A stretch of DNA of 64,000 bases from Bdellovibrionia bacterium (GTDB lineage: Bacteria; Bdellovibrionota; UBA1018): contig JBBARP010000001.1 in the NCBI GenBank assembly GCA_040399745.1, forward strand, positions 170,617-234,616. Direction: 5' to 3'. A program made the position numbers and the translations under genes. Shown in pieces: positions 7,834 to 17,393 of the stretch. Position 1 is the first letter of the stretch, and each line of letters starts with the position of its first letter. The notes under the pieces are model-generated. The model did not search any database. It had not been told where the DNA came from and worked only from the letters and a program-made list of their open reading frames with translations.

Positions 7834-10368
7834 ATGGCCGAAGCGGATTTCGACACGGCAACCTCTGAGTCTTCGCAGCTTCCCGAGCGCTCGGGTGGGC
7901 TGGTCCTTCCCGACCAGATTCTGCCCCCGAACTTGTTCGTGCTGCCGGTGAATAACACGGTTGTTTTTCCGACCTTGATGTCGCCATTGGTCGTCAACGT
8001 CCCTCGCTTCACCTCGACCGTCGAAGAAGCGATTGGGCGTCAGCGCTGGCTGGGGCTTTTGCTCGTGAAAGAGGGCGAAGTCCGCGAGGAACTGAAGAGC
8101 GACGATCTTTACCGCACGGGCGTGATCGTGAAGATTTTGAAACGCCTGAAATTGCCGGATGGCTCCAGCAATCTTTTGGTCCATAGCGTGAAGCGCATTC
8201 ACGCCAAACGCTTCCTGGCTGAAGAGCCGCACCTGGTAGTCGAGGCCGAGTACCTGGAAGACCAAGTCGAGAAGTCGACCGAGATGGACGCTTTGTCGCG
8301 CTCGGTGATCGGTTCAGTCAAAAAGCTCAGCGAAGTGAATCCTTTCTTCACGGACGAAATGCGCGTGGCCATGCTGAATGCGCCCAGCGCCGGTGCTGTG
8401 GCTGACCTCGTTGCTTTTGCGCTTTCTTTGACGAAGTCGGAATCGCAGGAGTTCTTAGAGACGCTTTCGGTCAAGGCCCGTCACGAGCGTCTGCTCCTGC
8501 ATTTACGCCGCGAACAAGATGTGGCCGATGTGCAGCGACGCATTCACGACGAAGTAAACACGAAGGTGAGTAAGCTTCAGCGCGAGTTCTTCTTGAGGGA
8601 GCAGCTCAAGGCCATCAAGCGCGAGCTGGGCCTGGAAGAAGACGGCAAAGAAAAAACCTCACGCACTTTCCGGGAGCGGATTGAAGCGGCCGGAATGTCT
8701 GAGGATGTGAAAAAGCAGGCGCTCGAAGAGGTCTCGAAATTCGAGACCCTCTCTGAGTCGAGCCCCGAGCACCATGTCACCCGGAACTACTTGGAGACCT
8801 TGGTCTCGCTTCCTTGGAGTGTTCTGACCGAGGATAACCTGGACTTAGGCCATGCTCGCCAAGTGCTCGAAGAAGAGCACTATGGTTTGGAGAAGGTCAA
8901 AGAACGCATCATTGAATTTTTGGCCGTTCGAAAATTGAAGAACGACCGAAAGGGTTCGATCATCTGTTTGTCGGGCCCTCCGGGCGTCGGCAAGACCTCG
9001 ATCGGGAAATCCATTGCTCGCACTCTGGGCCGTAAGTTTTACCGCTTCAGCTTGGGCGGCATGCGTGATGAGGCTGAAATCAAAGGTCACCGCCGCACTT
9101 ATGTGGGCGCTATGCCGGGTAAGGTGATCAACGCCATTCGCCGGGCGGGCGCCAAGAACGCAGTGATCATGCTCGATGAAATCGACAAGCTCGGTGCGTC
9201 CTTCCAAGGGGATCCGGCTTCGGCACTGCTTGAGGTGCTCGATCCCGAGCAAAACGCCTCGTTCCTCGATCATTACTTGGATGTGCCTTTTGATTTGTCG
9301 CAGGTGCTTTTTGTGGCCACCGCGAACAACCTTTCCACTATTCCGGGGCCGCTCCTCGACCGGATGGAAGTGATCGAAATTCCCGGCTACACACTGGAAG
9401 AAAAAGAACAGATCGCGGTTCGCCACGTCGTGCCGAAAGAACTCTCGCAGCACGGGTTAAAGACGCCTCAGTTGCGGTTTGATCGCACAGCGCTTCGCCG
9501 CATGATGCAGGATTACGCGCGCGAGCCGGGGCTTCGCTCCCTTCAACAGCAAGTGGCACGAATTTGCCGAAAAGTGGCGGCGCGACTTGTTGAAAACCCG
9601 AAACAAAAACCCATTCGCATCGAAGAGAAGGATCTGTCCACTTGGCTTGGGCCAAAGCGGTTCTTCAATGAGATGGCTGAACGCGTGACGAGCCCCGGCG
9701 TTGTCACGGGCTTGGCCTGGACAGCGATGGGCGGAGATATCCTCTTCATCGAAGCGACCGATCTTCCGGGCGCAGGCACCTTGAAGCTCACGGGGCAAAT
9801 GGGCGAGGTGATGACCGAGTCCGCCGCGATTGCTTGGACGTTTGTGAAGAAGCGCGCTTTGCGTGATCTGAAGCTTGAGCCTGAATGGTTCAAGCAGAAC
9901 GACATTCACCTTCACATTCCTGCGGGCGCCATTCCGAAGGATGGCCCTTCGGCAGGAATCACGATGGCTACGGCCTTTTACTCGCTGCTGTCGGGGCGAA
10001 AGGTCCGCCAAAGGATTGCGATGACGGGCGAGCTTTCTTTGATTGGTAAGGTGCTGCCGGTGGGTGGCATTCAGGAAAAGCTTTTAGCGGCTCGCCGCGC
10101 CGGAATTACGACGGTGATTTTGCCCAAGCTCAATGAAAAAGACGTTGCTGAAGTGCCCGCTTACGCGCTCGAAGGAATGCGTCTGCATTTCGTCTCAACC
10201 TGGGACGAAGTGCTGACGGTTGCCGTTGAGCCGAAAGTCGCTGCCCCTAAGCGAGCGCGAGTGAAGGGTGCGGCCAAAGTCATTCGGACGGCTGTGAAGT
10301 CGCCCACTTTGAAGCGCACCTCAAGCAAGCGGGCTTCTTCGGCTAAATCACTTCCCCGCAGGGGCTGA
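7834..10368 (+). CDS. lon: ATP-dependent Lon protease
   Basis: Lon N-domain, Walker A GPPGVGKTS, RRTYVGAMPG, catalytic PKDGPSAG. Confidence 0.98.
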   Translation: MAEADFDTATSESSQLPERSGGLVLPDQILPPNLFVLPVNNTVVFPTLMSPLVVNVPRFTSTVEEAIGRQRWLGLLLVKEGEVREELKSDDLYRTGVIVKILKRLKLPDGSSNLLVHSVKRIHAKRFLAEEPHLVVEAEYLEDQVEKSTEMDALSRSVIGSVKKLSEVNPFFTDEMRVAMLNAPSAGAVADLVAFALSLTKSESQEFLETLSVKARHERLLLHLRREQDVADVQRRIHDEVNTKVSKLQREFFLREQLKAIKRELGLEEDGKEKTSRTFRERIEAAGMSEDVKKQALEEVSKFETLSESSPEHHVTRNYLETLVSLPWSVLTEDNLDLGHARQVLEEEHYGLEKVKERIIEFLAVRKLKNDRKGSIICLSGPPGVGKTSIGKSIARTLGRKFYRFSLGGMRDEAEIKGHRRTYVGAMPGKVINAIRRAGAKNAVIMLDEIDKLGASFQGDPASALLEVLDPEQNASFLDHYLDVPFDLSQVLFVATANNLSTIPGPLLDRMEVIEIPGYTLEEKEQIAVRHVVPKELSQHGLKTPQLRFDRTALRRMMQDYAREPGLRSLQQQVARICRKVAARLVENPKQKPIRIEEKDLSTWLGPKRFFNEMAERVTSPGVVTGLAWTAMGGDILFIEATDLPGAGTLKLTGQMGEVMTESAAIAWTFVKKRALRDLKLEPEWFKQNDIHLHIPAGAIPKDGPSAGITMATAFYSLLSGRKVRQRIAMTGELSLIGKVLPVGGIQEKLLAARRAGITTVILPKLNEKDVAEVPAYALEGMRLHFVSTWDEVLTVAVEPKVAAPKRARVKGAAKVIRTAVKSPTLKRTSSKRASSAKSLPRRG

Positions 10369-11010
10369 ACCGCCCGCTGCTGGTCCCACCAGATCGGCAA
10401 TCTGGTCTTCCAAGAGCTTGTAACGATCTTTCCAGTCAATGACGGAGCCGGCATCTCGGTTAGCCAAGAGCAGGTTCATCACGTGCCCTTCCAACTTCTC
10501 AACCTGGCCTTTGAGAAGAGCGTTCTCTTCGCGCATTTTGGAGGAGTCGGTCTGGTTTTCGACCTCGAGAACGCGCCGGCGAAGCTCGTCCACTTCGCGA
10601 ACTCGGAGGCGAAGGCTTTTGAGTTCGGTGGCGATATCTGCGGGGAGAGCGGCTTCCGCTGCGGGTTTCTGGCCGCTGAGAACAACTCTCAGTGCTTCGT
10701 CGGAGTGGGCCAGGATTTGAATCGTAGGCGGGGGATTCAGAGTCGAGACGTGTTTCCGAAGAATGGGGCTCAGGCCGCTGAGAACGATCTGCCCTGCTAA
10801 TTCGCGTGCCAAGGAGTCGAGTTGGCAAATGTCCTTGATGGCAGTGGGATCAATGGCGTCGACTTCGGCCATATCGATGATGATCCGGTTTTTTCCGGTC
10901 TTCAGGAGCTGAGTGAGGCCCGCTCGTAGGACCGTGTAGCTTTTCACATCGACCGAGCCGGCGATGTTGAGCGTACAGACGTCCTTTTCTTGGGCCATCC
11001 TTAGTTTCAT
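10348..11010 (-). CDS. STAS-domain protein with C-terminal coiled coil
   Basis: LNIAGSVD...RIIIDMAEVDAID...IVLSGLSP STAS pattern, then heptad-rich region. Confidence 0.7.
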   Translation of the reverse strand: MKLRMAQEKDVCTLNIAGSVDVKSYTVLRAGLTQLLKTGKNRIIIDMAEVDAIDPTAIKDICQLDSLARELAGQIVLSGLSPILRKHVSTLNPPPTIQILAHSDEALRVVLSGQKPAAEAALPADIATELKSLRLRVREVDELRRRVLEVENQTDSSKMREENALLKGQVEKLEGHVMNLLLANRDAGSVIDWKDRYKLLEDQIADLVGPAAGGSAPAGK

Positions 11011-11411
11011 TGGTTCAGCTTCGCCTGATAGAAAAGAACCTTCATCATGTCACGGCGGGTGATGATGCCCACCAGACGCCCCTCTTGGTCGATCACGGGG
11101 AGCCTGCGGTACTTCATGGTGACGAATTTTTCGGCAATCTCGCTGAGAAGCGTCTCGGTAGTAACGGTTTCTACTTTCTTGCTGTAATGGATCTGATTAC
11201 GGAAGACGTCGCTCTCTTTTCGTTTCGCTTTCGAAAATTGGCGAATGACGTCGTAGTCAGAACACACGCCGACCATGTGACCTTCCGAGTCCACCACAGG
11301 AACACCGGTGACTCGCTCGCTGACGATGAGTTTGACCACGTCCTCGAGTGAGGTGTTTGCCTCGACGGTGAGTAGGTCAGTCGACATGATGTCGCGCGCG
11401 GTCGGTTCCAT
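11007..11411 (-). CDS. CBS-domain pair protein
   Basis: ARDIMS, GVPVVD, RRLPVID..LVGIITRRD. Confidence 0.92.
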   Translation of the reverse strand: MEPTARDIMSTDLLTVEANTSLEDVVKLIVSERVTGVPVVDSEGHMVGVCSDYDVIRQFSKAKRKESDVFRNQIHYSKKVETVTTETLLSEIAEKFVTMKYRRLPVIDQEGRLVGIITRRDMMKVLFYQAKLNQ

Positions 11412-11419
11412 TAAAATGA

Positions 11420-11466
11420 AGTATATCGGCCAATTCGTTGACCTGGAAAGAGGTAAACACTAGAAT
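11420..11466. promoter_or_regulatory. Overlapping divergent sigma70 promoters
   Basis: Plus strand TTGACC(11438)-N17-TAGAAT(11461); minus strand TATACT (11420-11425) 8 nt before CBS ATG. Confidence 0.6.
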
Positions 11467-11476
11467 TATTGAAGAG

Positions 11477-12646
11477 ATGGAGTCCTTTCAGCTTCCGCCC
11501 ACTGTCTGGCCTCGGGTTCATGCCATGTATCCGGGCAAGACGTTCGTGAAGTTCATGTCGGCTTACCGCAATCCCAAGGCGGGTTTGCCGGCGCTTCAAT
11601 CTGCATTAGAGTTGAACCCCGGCTTTGTTCACCTCGTTCAAGGCTTCGATCTTTTCAGAAAAATGCGAGAGAAGTGGGACGATCAGCCCACCGTGGTGGG
11701 GCCTGCGCAGGCGGCTCCGGCGCCAGCGAACCCCGCAACTCCCGCTGCAGCAGGCACATCGGCTGCTCCGGCTGCGACAGGGCCAGTCGCCCGGATGACT
11801 GCGGCTCCGGCTAAAGATTTCTTATCTTCCGTTGGTAAAATTCAGGCCAGAAACGCCGTGGCGAGTCTTGCGATGATGCGCTCGGCTCAAGGGCCCTTAC
11901 CGCGGAACGCAGCCGATGATTTTACTTTTACGCCGGCGACGAAACTCAAGTACGCCCTTTTATCAGAGGATTTTCACGAGTCGCGCCGTTTAGGGCACTC
12001 GGAAGAAGCCTTTTTGGCGGGTCTTCACTACGACTGGTTCTTTGAGTTGGCGACGGCTGATAAAGCTCCTGCTGAAGTTCAGCTTGAGCTCGAGACGGCG
12101 TGGAAAGAGGGCTTTCGTGCCGCTCAGGTGGCTCGGCGAATCGCCTCAAATTATAAAAATTTGCCTCTGTCCGAATGGATTTTTGCTGCAACGATGGCGA
12201 TTTATTTGGGTCGCGCTTGGAGTGCTTGGATTTACAGCGTGAACCATCCGGGATGTGCCTTTTGGAAGGACTTCCGCTCAAAGGTAGACGCTGTGACGAC
12301 GAAGAAACGCGAAGCTTGGCGCTTTATCGAGCGCCGCATGTTTCCGCTCGTGCACACCGATCTTGCTGCGCTCTCCGCCTCATCGTTTGGATTTTTGGGT
12401 GATATCGCGCCGGTGATTGCGGCAAGCCAGGATCCGATCGTTCTTCGGAAGGTCTCTCCGGCTCACTATCAAATTGCGCTAATCGTGCGCGCGGGTCAGA
12501 TTATTTCTTCTATTCCTACCGATGATACAGTCGATTCCCGAAGCGGGCTTTTTAGCCGCTTGGATAAGTGGGTGATTAAGGAGCTGAAGCTCAGCGACTC
12601 GATCATTGGGCCGCTGCTCAAGAAACTTGAGGAGCCGCCGTCGTGA
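11477..12646 (+). CDS. Degenerate HDOD-like helical protein
   Basis: EEAFLAGLHYD resembles HDOD EEAFxAGLLHD; HTDLAA motif; start moved to ATG 11477 because TTG 11438 lies in the -35 box. Confidence 0.55.
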   Translation: MESFQLPPTVWPRVHAMYPGKTFVKFMSAYRNPKAGLPALQSALELNPGFVHLVQGFDLFRKMREKWDDQPTVVGPAQAAPAPANPATPAAAGTSAAPAATGPVARMTAAPAKDFLSSVGKIQARNAVASLAMMRSAQGPLPRNAADDFTFTPATKLKYALLSEDFHESRRLGHSEEAFLAGLHYDWFFELATADKAPAEVQLELETAWKEGFRAAQVARRIASNYKNLPLSEWIFAATMAIYLGRAWSAWIYSVNHPGCAFWKDFRSKVDAVTTKKREAWRFIERRMFPLVHTDLAALSASSFGFLGDIAPVIAASQDPIVLRKVSPAHYQIALIVRAGQIISSIPTDDTVDSRSGLFSRLDKWVIKELKLSDSIIGPLLKKLEEPPS

Positions 12647-13068
12647 GTTCCGATTCGGTCCGGAAAGCACTGGAAGCCAAGGCCAAAGCGGATGCGGCTG
12701 CGAAGGCGGGCGGTTTAGGAGCAAAGCCCAAGGCGGCAGGCCTTGCCGGACTTTTACCAGCAGAGGACGTAGAAAAGCAGCGCCTCGCTGAAATACCGGC
12801 CATTCGTCACTCTTGCACGTCGTGCCAGGTCTGCGTTCCGCTTTGCCCGGCCAAGGCCATCTTCAAAGGCATAGGCCAGTTCGTGATCGACACCGACCTT
12901 TGTACGGCGTGTGGATTGTGCCTGCGGATTTGTCCCGAGAAGGCCATCTACAACGCCAAAAGAGAAGAAGAAGCGCAAAAGGCTCTCGAAGACGAAGCGA
13001 TGAAAAAAACCGCCCGTGCGATGAAAGCCGCCGGTGGCGGGGGCAGTAAACCCCCGGGCTCAAAGTAA
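12643..13068 (+). CDS. 2x[4Fe-4S] ferredoxin with Lys/Ala-rich extensions
   Basis: CTSCQVCVPLCP and CTACGLCLRICP. Confidence 0.9.
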   Translation: MSSDSVRKALEAKAKADAAAKAGGLGAKPKAAGLAGLLPAEDVEKQRLAEIPAIRHSCTSCQVCVPLCPAKAIFKGIGQFVIDTDLCTACGLCLRICPEKAIYNAKREEEAQKALEDEAMKKTARAMKAAGGGGSKPPGSK

Positions 13069-13080
13069 GGAAGCTTCCGT

Positions 13081-14037
13081 TTATCGCTTGGACCCGATGG
13101 CTGCGAGCGTCCTCGAAGCTACCTGCGTGCCTGAGATTCCGTAAAGATCCAGAAGCTCTTCGCCTTCGCCGCTTTGGCCGAAGGTGTCTTGAACGCCGCA
13201 ACGGACCAGACGTGCTTTGCCGCCCGAGGTGGCCATGGCGTCGGCGACGCAACTGGCGAGGCCGCCGATGACCGAGTGATCCTCGACAGTGACAATCCAG
13301 TCGCATTCTTTGGCGAGAGTTTGAACCGTCGCTTCGTCAAAAGGCTTGAGGCTCAGCACGTTCCAAACGCTTGCGGTGATGCCCTGACCCGAAAGCAGTT
13401 CGGCGGCTTTCACGGCTTCTGCGGTACCTGCACCGGTTCCCAGCAGGGCCACGCGGGTAGAGCCCTGGCCCATTTCGCGAAGCTTCAAAAGCTTGAGCGG
13501 ATTGAAGGGAGTGGCTGAAGGGTAAAGATCCGGGAGATTCTGGCGGGTCAGGCGGATGTAGGCCGGACCTTTCCAAGTGTTCACCAGATAATCCATGAGG
13601 AGCTCGGTTTCGCGCGCGTCCATGGGTTGAAAGACGCCCATTTGGGGAAGCGCGCGCATCAGTGCAATGTCCTCGAGGCCCATTTGGCTGTGGCCATCGT
13701 CACCGATCCCGACGCCTGCGTGGGTGCCGATCATGCGCACGTTGGCCTGAGAGTAAGCGACGCTCAGGCGAATCGTGTCGTAGCGACCCGTCAGGAAGCA
13801 GCCAAAGCTGCAGAGAAAAGGCAGCTTGCCTGCGAAAGCGAGTCCTGCGGCGGTGCCAATCATGTTGGCCTCAGCTATGCCGAGATCAAAGAAGCGCTGC
13901 GGGAATTTTTTCGCAAAGAGCTCGGACTTCGTCGATTTCGCGAGATCGGCATCTAAGACGACGATTTGCGGATTCGACTCTCCGAGACGTGCCAGCGATT
14001 CACCAAAGGCCTGGCGGGTGGCTTTTCCTGAACTCAT
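13081..14037 (-). CDS. Transketolase, C-terminal subunit
   Basis: LDADLAKST, GIAEANM, GDDGHSQM, VTVEDH. Confidence 0.95.
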   Translation of the reverse strand: MSSGKATRQAFGESLARLGESNPQIVVLDADLAKSTKSELFAKKFPQRFFDLGIAEANMIGTAAGLAFAGKLPFLCSFGCFLTGRYDTIRLSVAYSQANVRMIGTHAGVGIGDDGHSQMGLEDIALMRALPQMGVFQPMDARETELLMDYLVNTWKGPAYIRLTRQNLPDLYPSATPFNPLKLLKLREMGQGSTRVALLGTGAGTAEAVKAAELLSGQGITASVWNVLSLKPFDEATVQTLAKECDWIVTVEDHSVIGGLASCVADAMATSGGKARLVRCGVQDTFGQSGEGEELLDLYGISGTQVASRTLAAIGSKR

Positions 14038-14888
14038 TTGGCCTGACCTCCGTTTTTACGAATCTCGTCAATGGCGCGAGTGCCTTCTTCTGCTTTCGGG
14101 GCGACGCCGTGCCAGCCGATCTGATGTTCCATGAAGCTGACGCCTTTGCCTTTCACCGTACGCGCGATGATCAGGGTGGGCTTCTTCGAGCCTTGCTCCT
14201 GCTGTTTTCTGGCGTCGGCGTAAGCGCTCAAAATTTGCTCACAATCGTGGCCGTCGATTTCCAGCACATGCCAGCCAAAAGCGCGCCATTTATCGGCCAA
14301 AGGCTCGATCGGCATCACTTGGCTGACGGGGCCGTCGATCTGCCCGTTGTTTGCGTCGATGATGGCGCAAAGATTCGAGACTCCGAATTTGGGAGCGGCC
14401 ATGGCGGCTTCCCACACTTGGCCTTCTTGAATTTCGCCATCGCCCATCAAGCAATAAACCCGCGAGGGCGACTGATCGAGCTGCGCCCCGAGCGCTAGCC
14501 CCAAAGCAACCGATAGGCCCTGACCGAGCGAGCCGGTTGAGGCTTCAACGATCGGCATTCTGACTCGGTCCGGGTGGCCTTGGAGGCGGCTTCCGGTCTT
14601 TCTCAGCGTCGCCAGTTCCTTTTTCTCAATGAAGCCTTTTCGGGCCAGGATGGCATAGAGCGCCGGTACGGCATGCCCTTTGGAAAGAACGAAGCGGTCT
14701 CGCTGTGGCGCCAGGTGGTCTGCCGATTCGACCCCGCGCATTTCCGAGAACCAGAGCCCGGCCACCAGATCAATCGCCGATAAGCTACCGCCCGGGTGCC
14801 CGGATTTTGCTTCGACCAGCATCTCGATGATGTCGATCCTGAGCTCGTTGGCTAGATTTTCCAGTGCCTTCGCATTCAAAGGAGTCAT
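14034..14888 (-). CDS. Transketolase, N-terminal TPP-binding subunit
   Basis: SGHPGGSLS, LSKGH, LQGHP, GDGEIQEG TPP motif. Confidence 0.96.
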   Translation of the reverse strand: MTPLNAKALENLANELRIDIIEMLVEAKSGHPGGSLSAIDLVAGLWFSEMRGVESADHLAPQRDRFVLSKGHAVPALYAILARKGFIEKKELATLRKTGSRLQGHPDRVRMPIVEASTGSLGQGLSVALGLALGAQLDQSPSRVYCLMGDGEIQEGQVWEAAMAAPKFGVSNLCAIIDANNGQIDGPVSQVMPIEPLADKWRAFGWHVLEIDGHDCEQILSAYADARKQQEQGSKKPTLIIARTVKGKGVSFMEHQIGWHGVAPKAEEGTRAIDEIRKNGGQAK

Positions 14889-14962
14889 GGCGCGGAAACT
14901 ATCGCAAGATTCAGCCTCGGGACAGCTTTTCCTGTACCGGGATTTGTTGGTAGATTGAGCGG

Positions 14963-16381
14963 ATGCGCGGAAAGTGGTGGATCCTGGCCGGCGTGGCTTG
15001 CGGCACGTTTATGGCCACTTTGGATTCGAGTATCGTCAATATCGCCCTACCCACCCTGACCCAAGAGCTCTCCAGCGACTTGGCCCGTATTAAGTGGGTG
15101 GTGATTGTCTATCTTTTGGTGATCACGTGTCTGTTGTTGCCGTGGGGGCGACTGGCGGATCAATACGGCCGCCGAAGAGTATTTCAGCTGGGTTTTGCCC
15201 TTTTCACTGGGGGCTCGTTGGCCTGTGGTTTGTCGGCCACTTTGGGGTGGTTGCTTCTTTCCCGAGCTCTGCAGGGCTTGGGCGCCTCGATGCTCATGGC
15301 GAACGGTCCAGCCATCATCACGGCAGCTTTTCCTTCGCGAGAGCGGGGAAAGGCGCTGGGAACTCTCTCGATGGTGGTGAGTGCGGGCCTCGTTGCTGGC
15401 CCGGCTTCGGGCGGGTTTTTGATCAGCCACTGGGGGTGGCGGAGTATTTTTCTTGTGAACATCCCGGTTGGAATCTTGGGTTTCTTCCTGACCCGACGTT
15501 TCATCCCGGAAGACCCACCGCGCAAGGCGTCCTTGCCCTTTGATTGGGCAGGAGCGTTGCTACAATTTCTCTTCTTCCTATCCATGATCGTCGTGGTCGA
15601 CCCGCCTTCGATCTCGATCTCTGGGGGTGATGCGATTTCTGCTCCCCGCTTCCTGATGGTGCCTTTGACCCTTCTTTTGGGCTGGCTCTTCATCCGGGTG
15701 GAATCTCAAATCAAAGCCCCTCTCTTTGATCTTTCGCTCCTGAAGAATCGCACCTTTTGGTCTGCGAATTTGGCGAGCTTTCTGATCTTCGTGTCCTTTT
15801 CGGCTGTGACAGTTCTCATGCCCTTTTATCTAGTGGAGCTGCTGAGGCTTGACCCGAGTCAGGCCGGTCTTTTCATGACGGCCATTCCCCTGACCATTCT
15901 GGTAGTAGCGCCGATCAGTGGTCGGCTCTCGGATCGCTTTGGCGGGCGAGAGCTCTCGATGGTGGGTGCGGCGGTCGGAGCCATCAGCCTTTTAATCATG
16001 GCAGGTGCTTTCGGTGTGGGCTTGGACACGGCGTCTAGCTCGACTCTGTTGATTGGAACTCTGGCAGGGCTTGGCTTTTCGACGGGATTATTTCAGTCAC
16101 CGAACAACAACGCGATCATGGGCGTCGTTCCGCCTTCCAAACTTGGCGTCGCTTCGGCGTTGCTCGCGACTGTTCGGAACTTGGGGTTAGTGACCGGCAC
16201 GGGGCTCGCGACCGGAATATTCTTTTGGCGAAAGCAAGAAGAGGGCGACTTTGTCGGCGCCCTGCATTTCGCTTTAGCGGTAGCAGGGTGTGTGGCGGCG
16301 GTTGCGGCGGTGATTTCTGCGCTGAAACCGTCAGGTCGTTTTGATGGGGGAGCGGAATCCGATGGTCAGGCGAAGGGATAG
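14963..16381 (+). CDS. MFS transporter, DHA2 (EmrB/QacA-like)
   Basis: LDSSIVNIALP, GRLADQYGRRR motif A, WRSIFLVNIPVG. Confidence 0.93.
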   Translation: MRGKWWILAGVACGTFMATLDSSIVNIALPTLTQELSSDLARIKWVVIVYLLVITCLLLPWGRLADQYGRRRVFQLGFALFTGGSLACGLSATLGWLLLSRALQGLGASMLMANGPAIITAAFPSRERGKALGTLSMVVSAGLVAGPASGGFLISHWGWRSIFLVNIPVGILGFFLTRRFIPEDPPRKASLPFDWAGALLQFLFFLSMIVVVDPPSISISGGDAISAPRFLMVPLTLLLGWLFIRVESQIKAPLFDLSLLKNRTFWSANLASFLIFVSFSAVTVLMPFYLVELLRLDPSQAGLFMTAIPLTILVVAPISGRLSDRFGGRELSMVGAAVGAISLLIMAGAFGVGLDTASSSTLLIGTLAGLGFSTGLFQSPNNNAIMGVVPPSKLGVASALLATVRNLGLVTGTGLATGIFFWRKQEEGDFVGALHFALAVAGCVAAVAAVISALKPSGRFDGGAESDGQAKG

Positions 16382-17393
16382 GGAGCCCACTCCCGAGGAA
16401 GCCGTTGAGATTGCCCGCGAGGACAACCTGCCGTTTTGGCACGACAGTCCTCCGCTTTTTGCCGCTTACCGCGAGAAAACAGGCGGAGCGAAAATCTTTC
16501 CGATCGATCCGGATTTTATCAAGAAGCGATTCTTGATCGTCCTTCTGGATCCGTATTCGACTTCGGGAATTGCAGGCCTTTCGGACGCGATTGAGTTTGA
16601 TCGACGCTTTGGGGATCAAGGGCTGCCGCTTTTGCTCATCATGAAACTCAGTTTCGCCTTTCAGAAGGCCACCGGTTACCTGGAAAATCTGGCGCAGAAG
16701 AGTCGTTGGAATTTTCCAGTTTGCTACGACTCCGATGGGGCCATCTTTGAGGCTTTTGGGGTGACTGAGCTGCCTCACGCAGTGGTGATGGACAAAGGGG
16801 CCGTCCTGGCAAAAGAAACGGGCCCACTCTGGGCTCAGAAACTCGAGCCCTTCCTGCATCGCTACCTTCGTGAAGGGGATCCTGGTTTAGCGCTTCCGAT
16901 CTTTTTTGCTCCGAATCGCTCGGAGTATGCCGATGCGGGTGCGATCAGTTTTGGATCGCGCTTTCCAGCTGGCCCGGAAGTTCAGTTCACGGGCGAATGG
17001 AAAGTCGAGGAAGAGTTTCGCTCAACTCGTGATCCCAAAGCCTCGATCCAGTTTTCTGCTCCCGCACCGGGCCTTTCAGTGATTGCGCGAAGCATGGATA
17101 CGGCCTTTTTGCCCGCCGAGCTGGTGGTGGATTTGAATGGCGTGCCCCCGCGCGACATCCGAATCGAAAAAGACGTGGAGCGTGACGAGTCGGGAAATGC
17201 TCGGATTAAGCTCGATCAGCCTCGGTTTCTGAAAGCGTTGAATGCAGAAGGCGATCCCATAGCTCGCATCACGCTTCGCTTTCCGCATGCTCACCGGGTT
17301 CCGGTGGGAATTTACGGAGTGCGCTTTCACCGAAAAGTTCCTGGCTTGAAAGCGCAGCTTCAGGCGGCAGCGACTGGGCCTGCGAAAATTTAG
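16362..17393 (+). CDS. Thioredoxin-like fold protein lacking CxxC, with DipZ-like C-terminal beta domain
   Basis: FPVCYDSDGAIFEAFGVTELPHAVVMD redoxin pattern; FTGEW C-domain; SD GGGAG before ATG 16362. Confidence 0.55.
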   Translation: MVRRRDREPTPEEAVEIAREDNLPFWHDSPPLFAAYREKTGGAKIFPIDPDFIKKRFLIVLLDPYSTSGIAGLSDAIEFDRRFGDQGLPLLLIMKLSFAFQKATGYLENLAQKSRWNFPVCYDSDGAIFEAFGVTELPHAVVMDKGAVLAKETGPLWAQKLEPFLHRYLREGDPGLALPIFFAPNRSEYADAGAISFGSRFPAGPEVQFTGEWKVEEEFRSTRDPKASIQFSAPAPGLSVIARSMDTAFLPAELVVDLNGVPPRDIRIEKDVERDESGNARIKLDQPRFLKALNAEGDPIARITLRFPHAHRVPVGIYGVRFHRKVPGLKAQLQAAATGPAKI

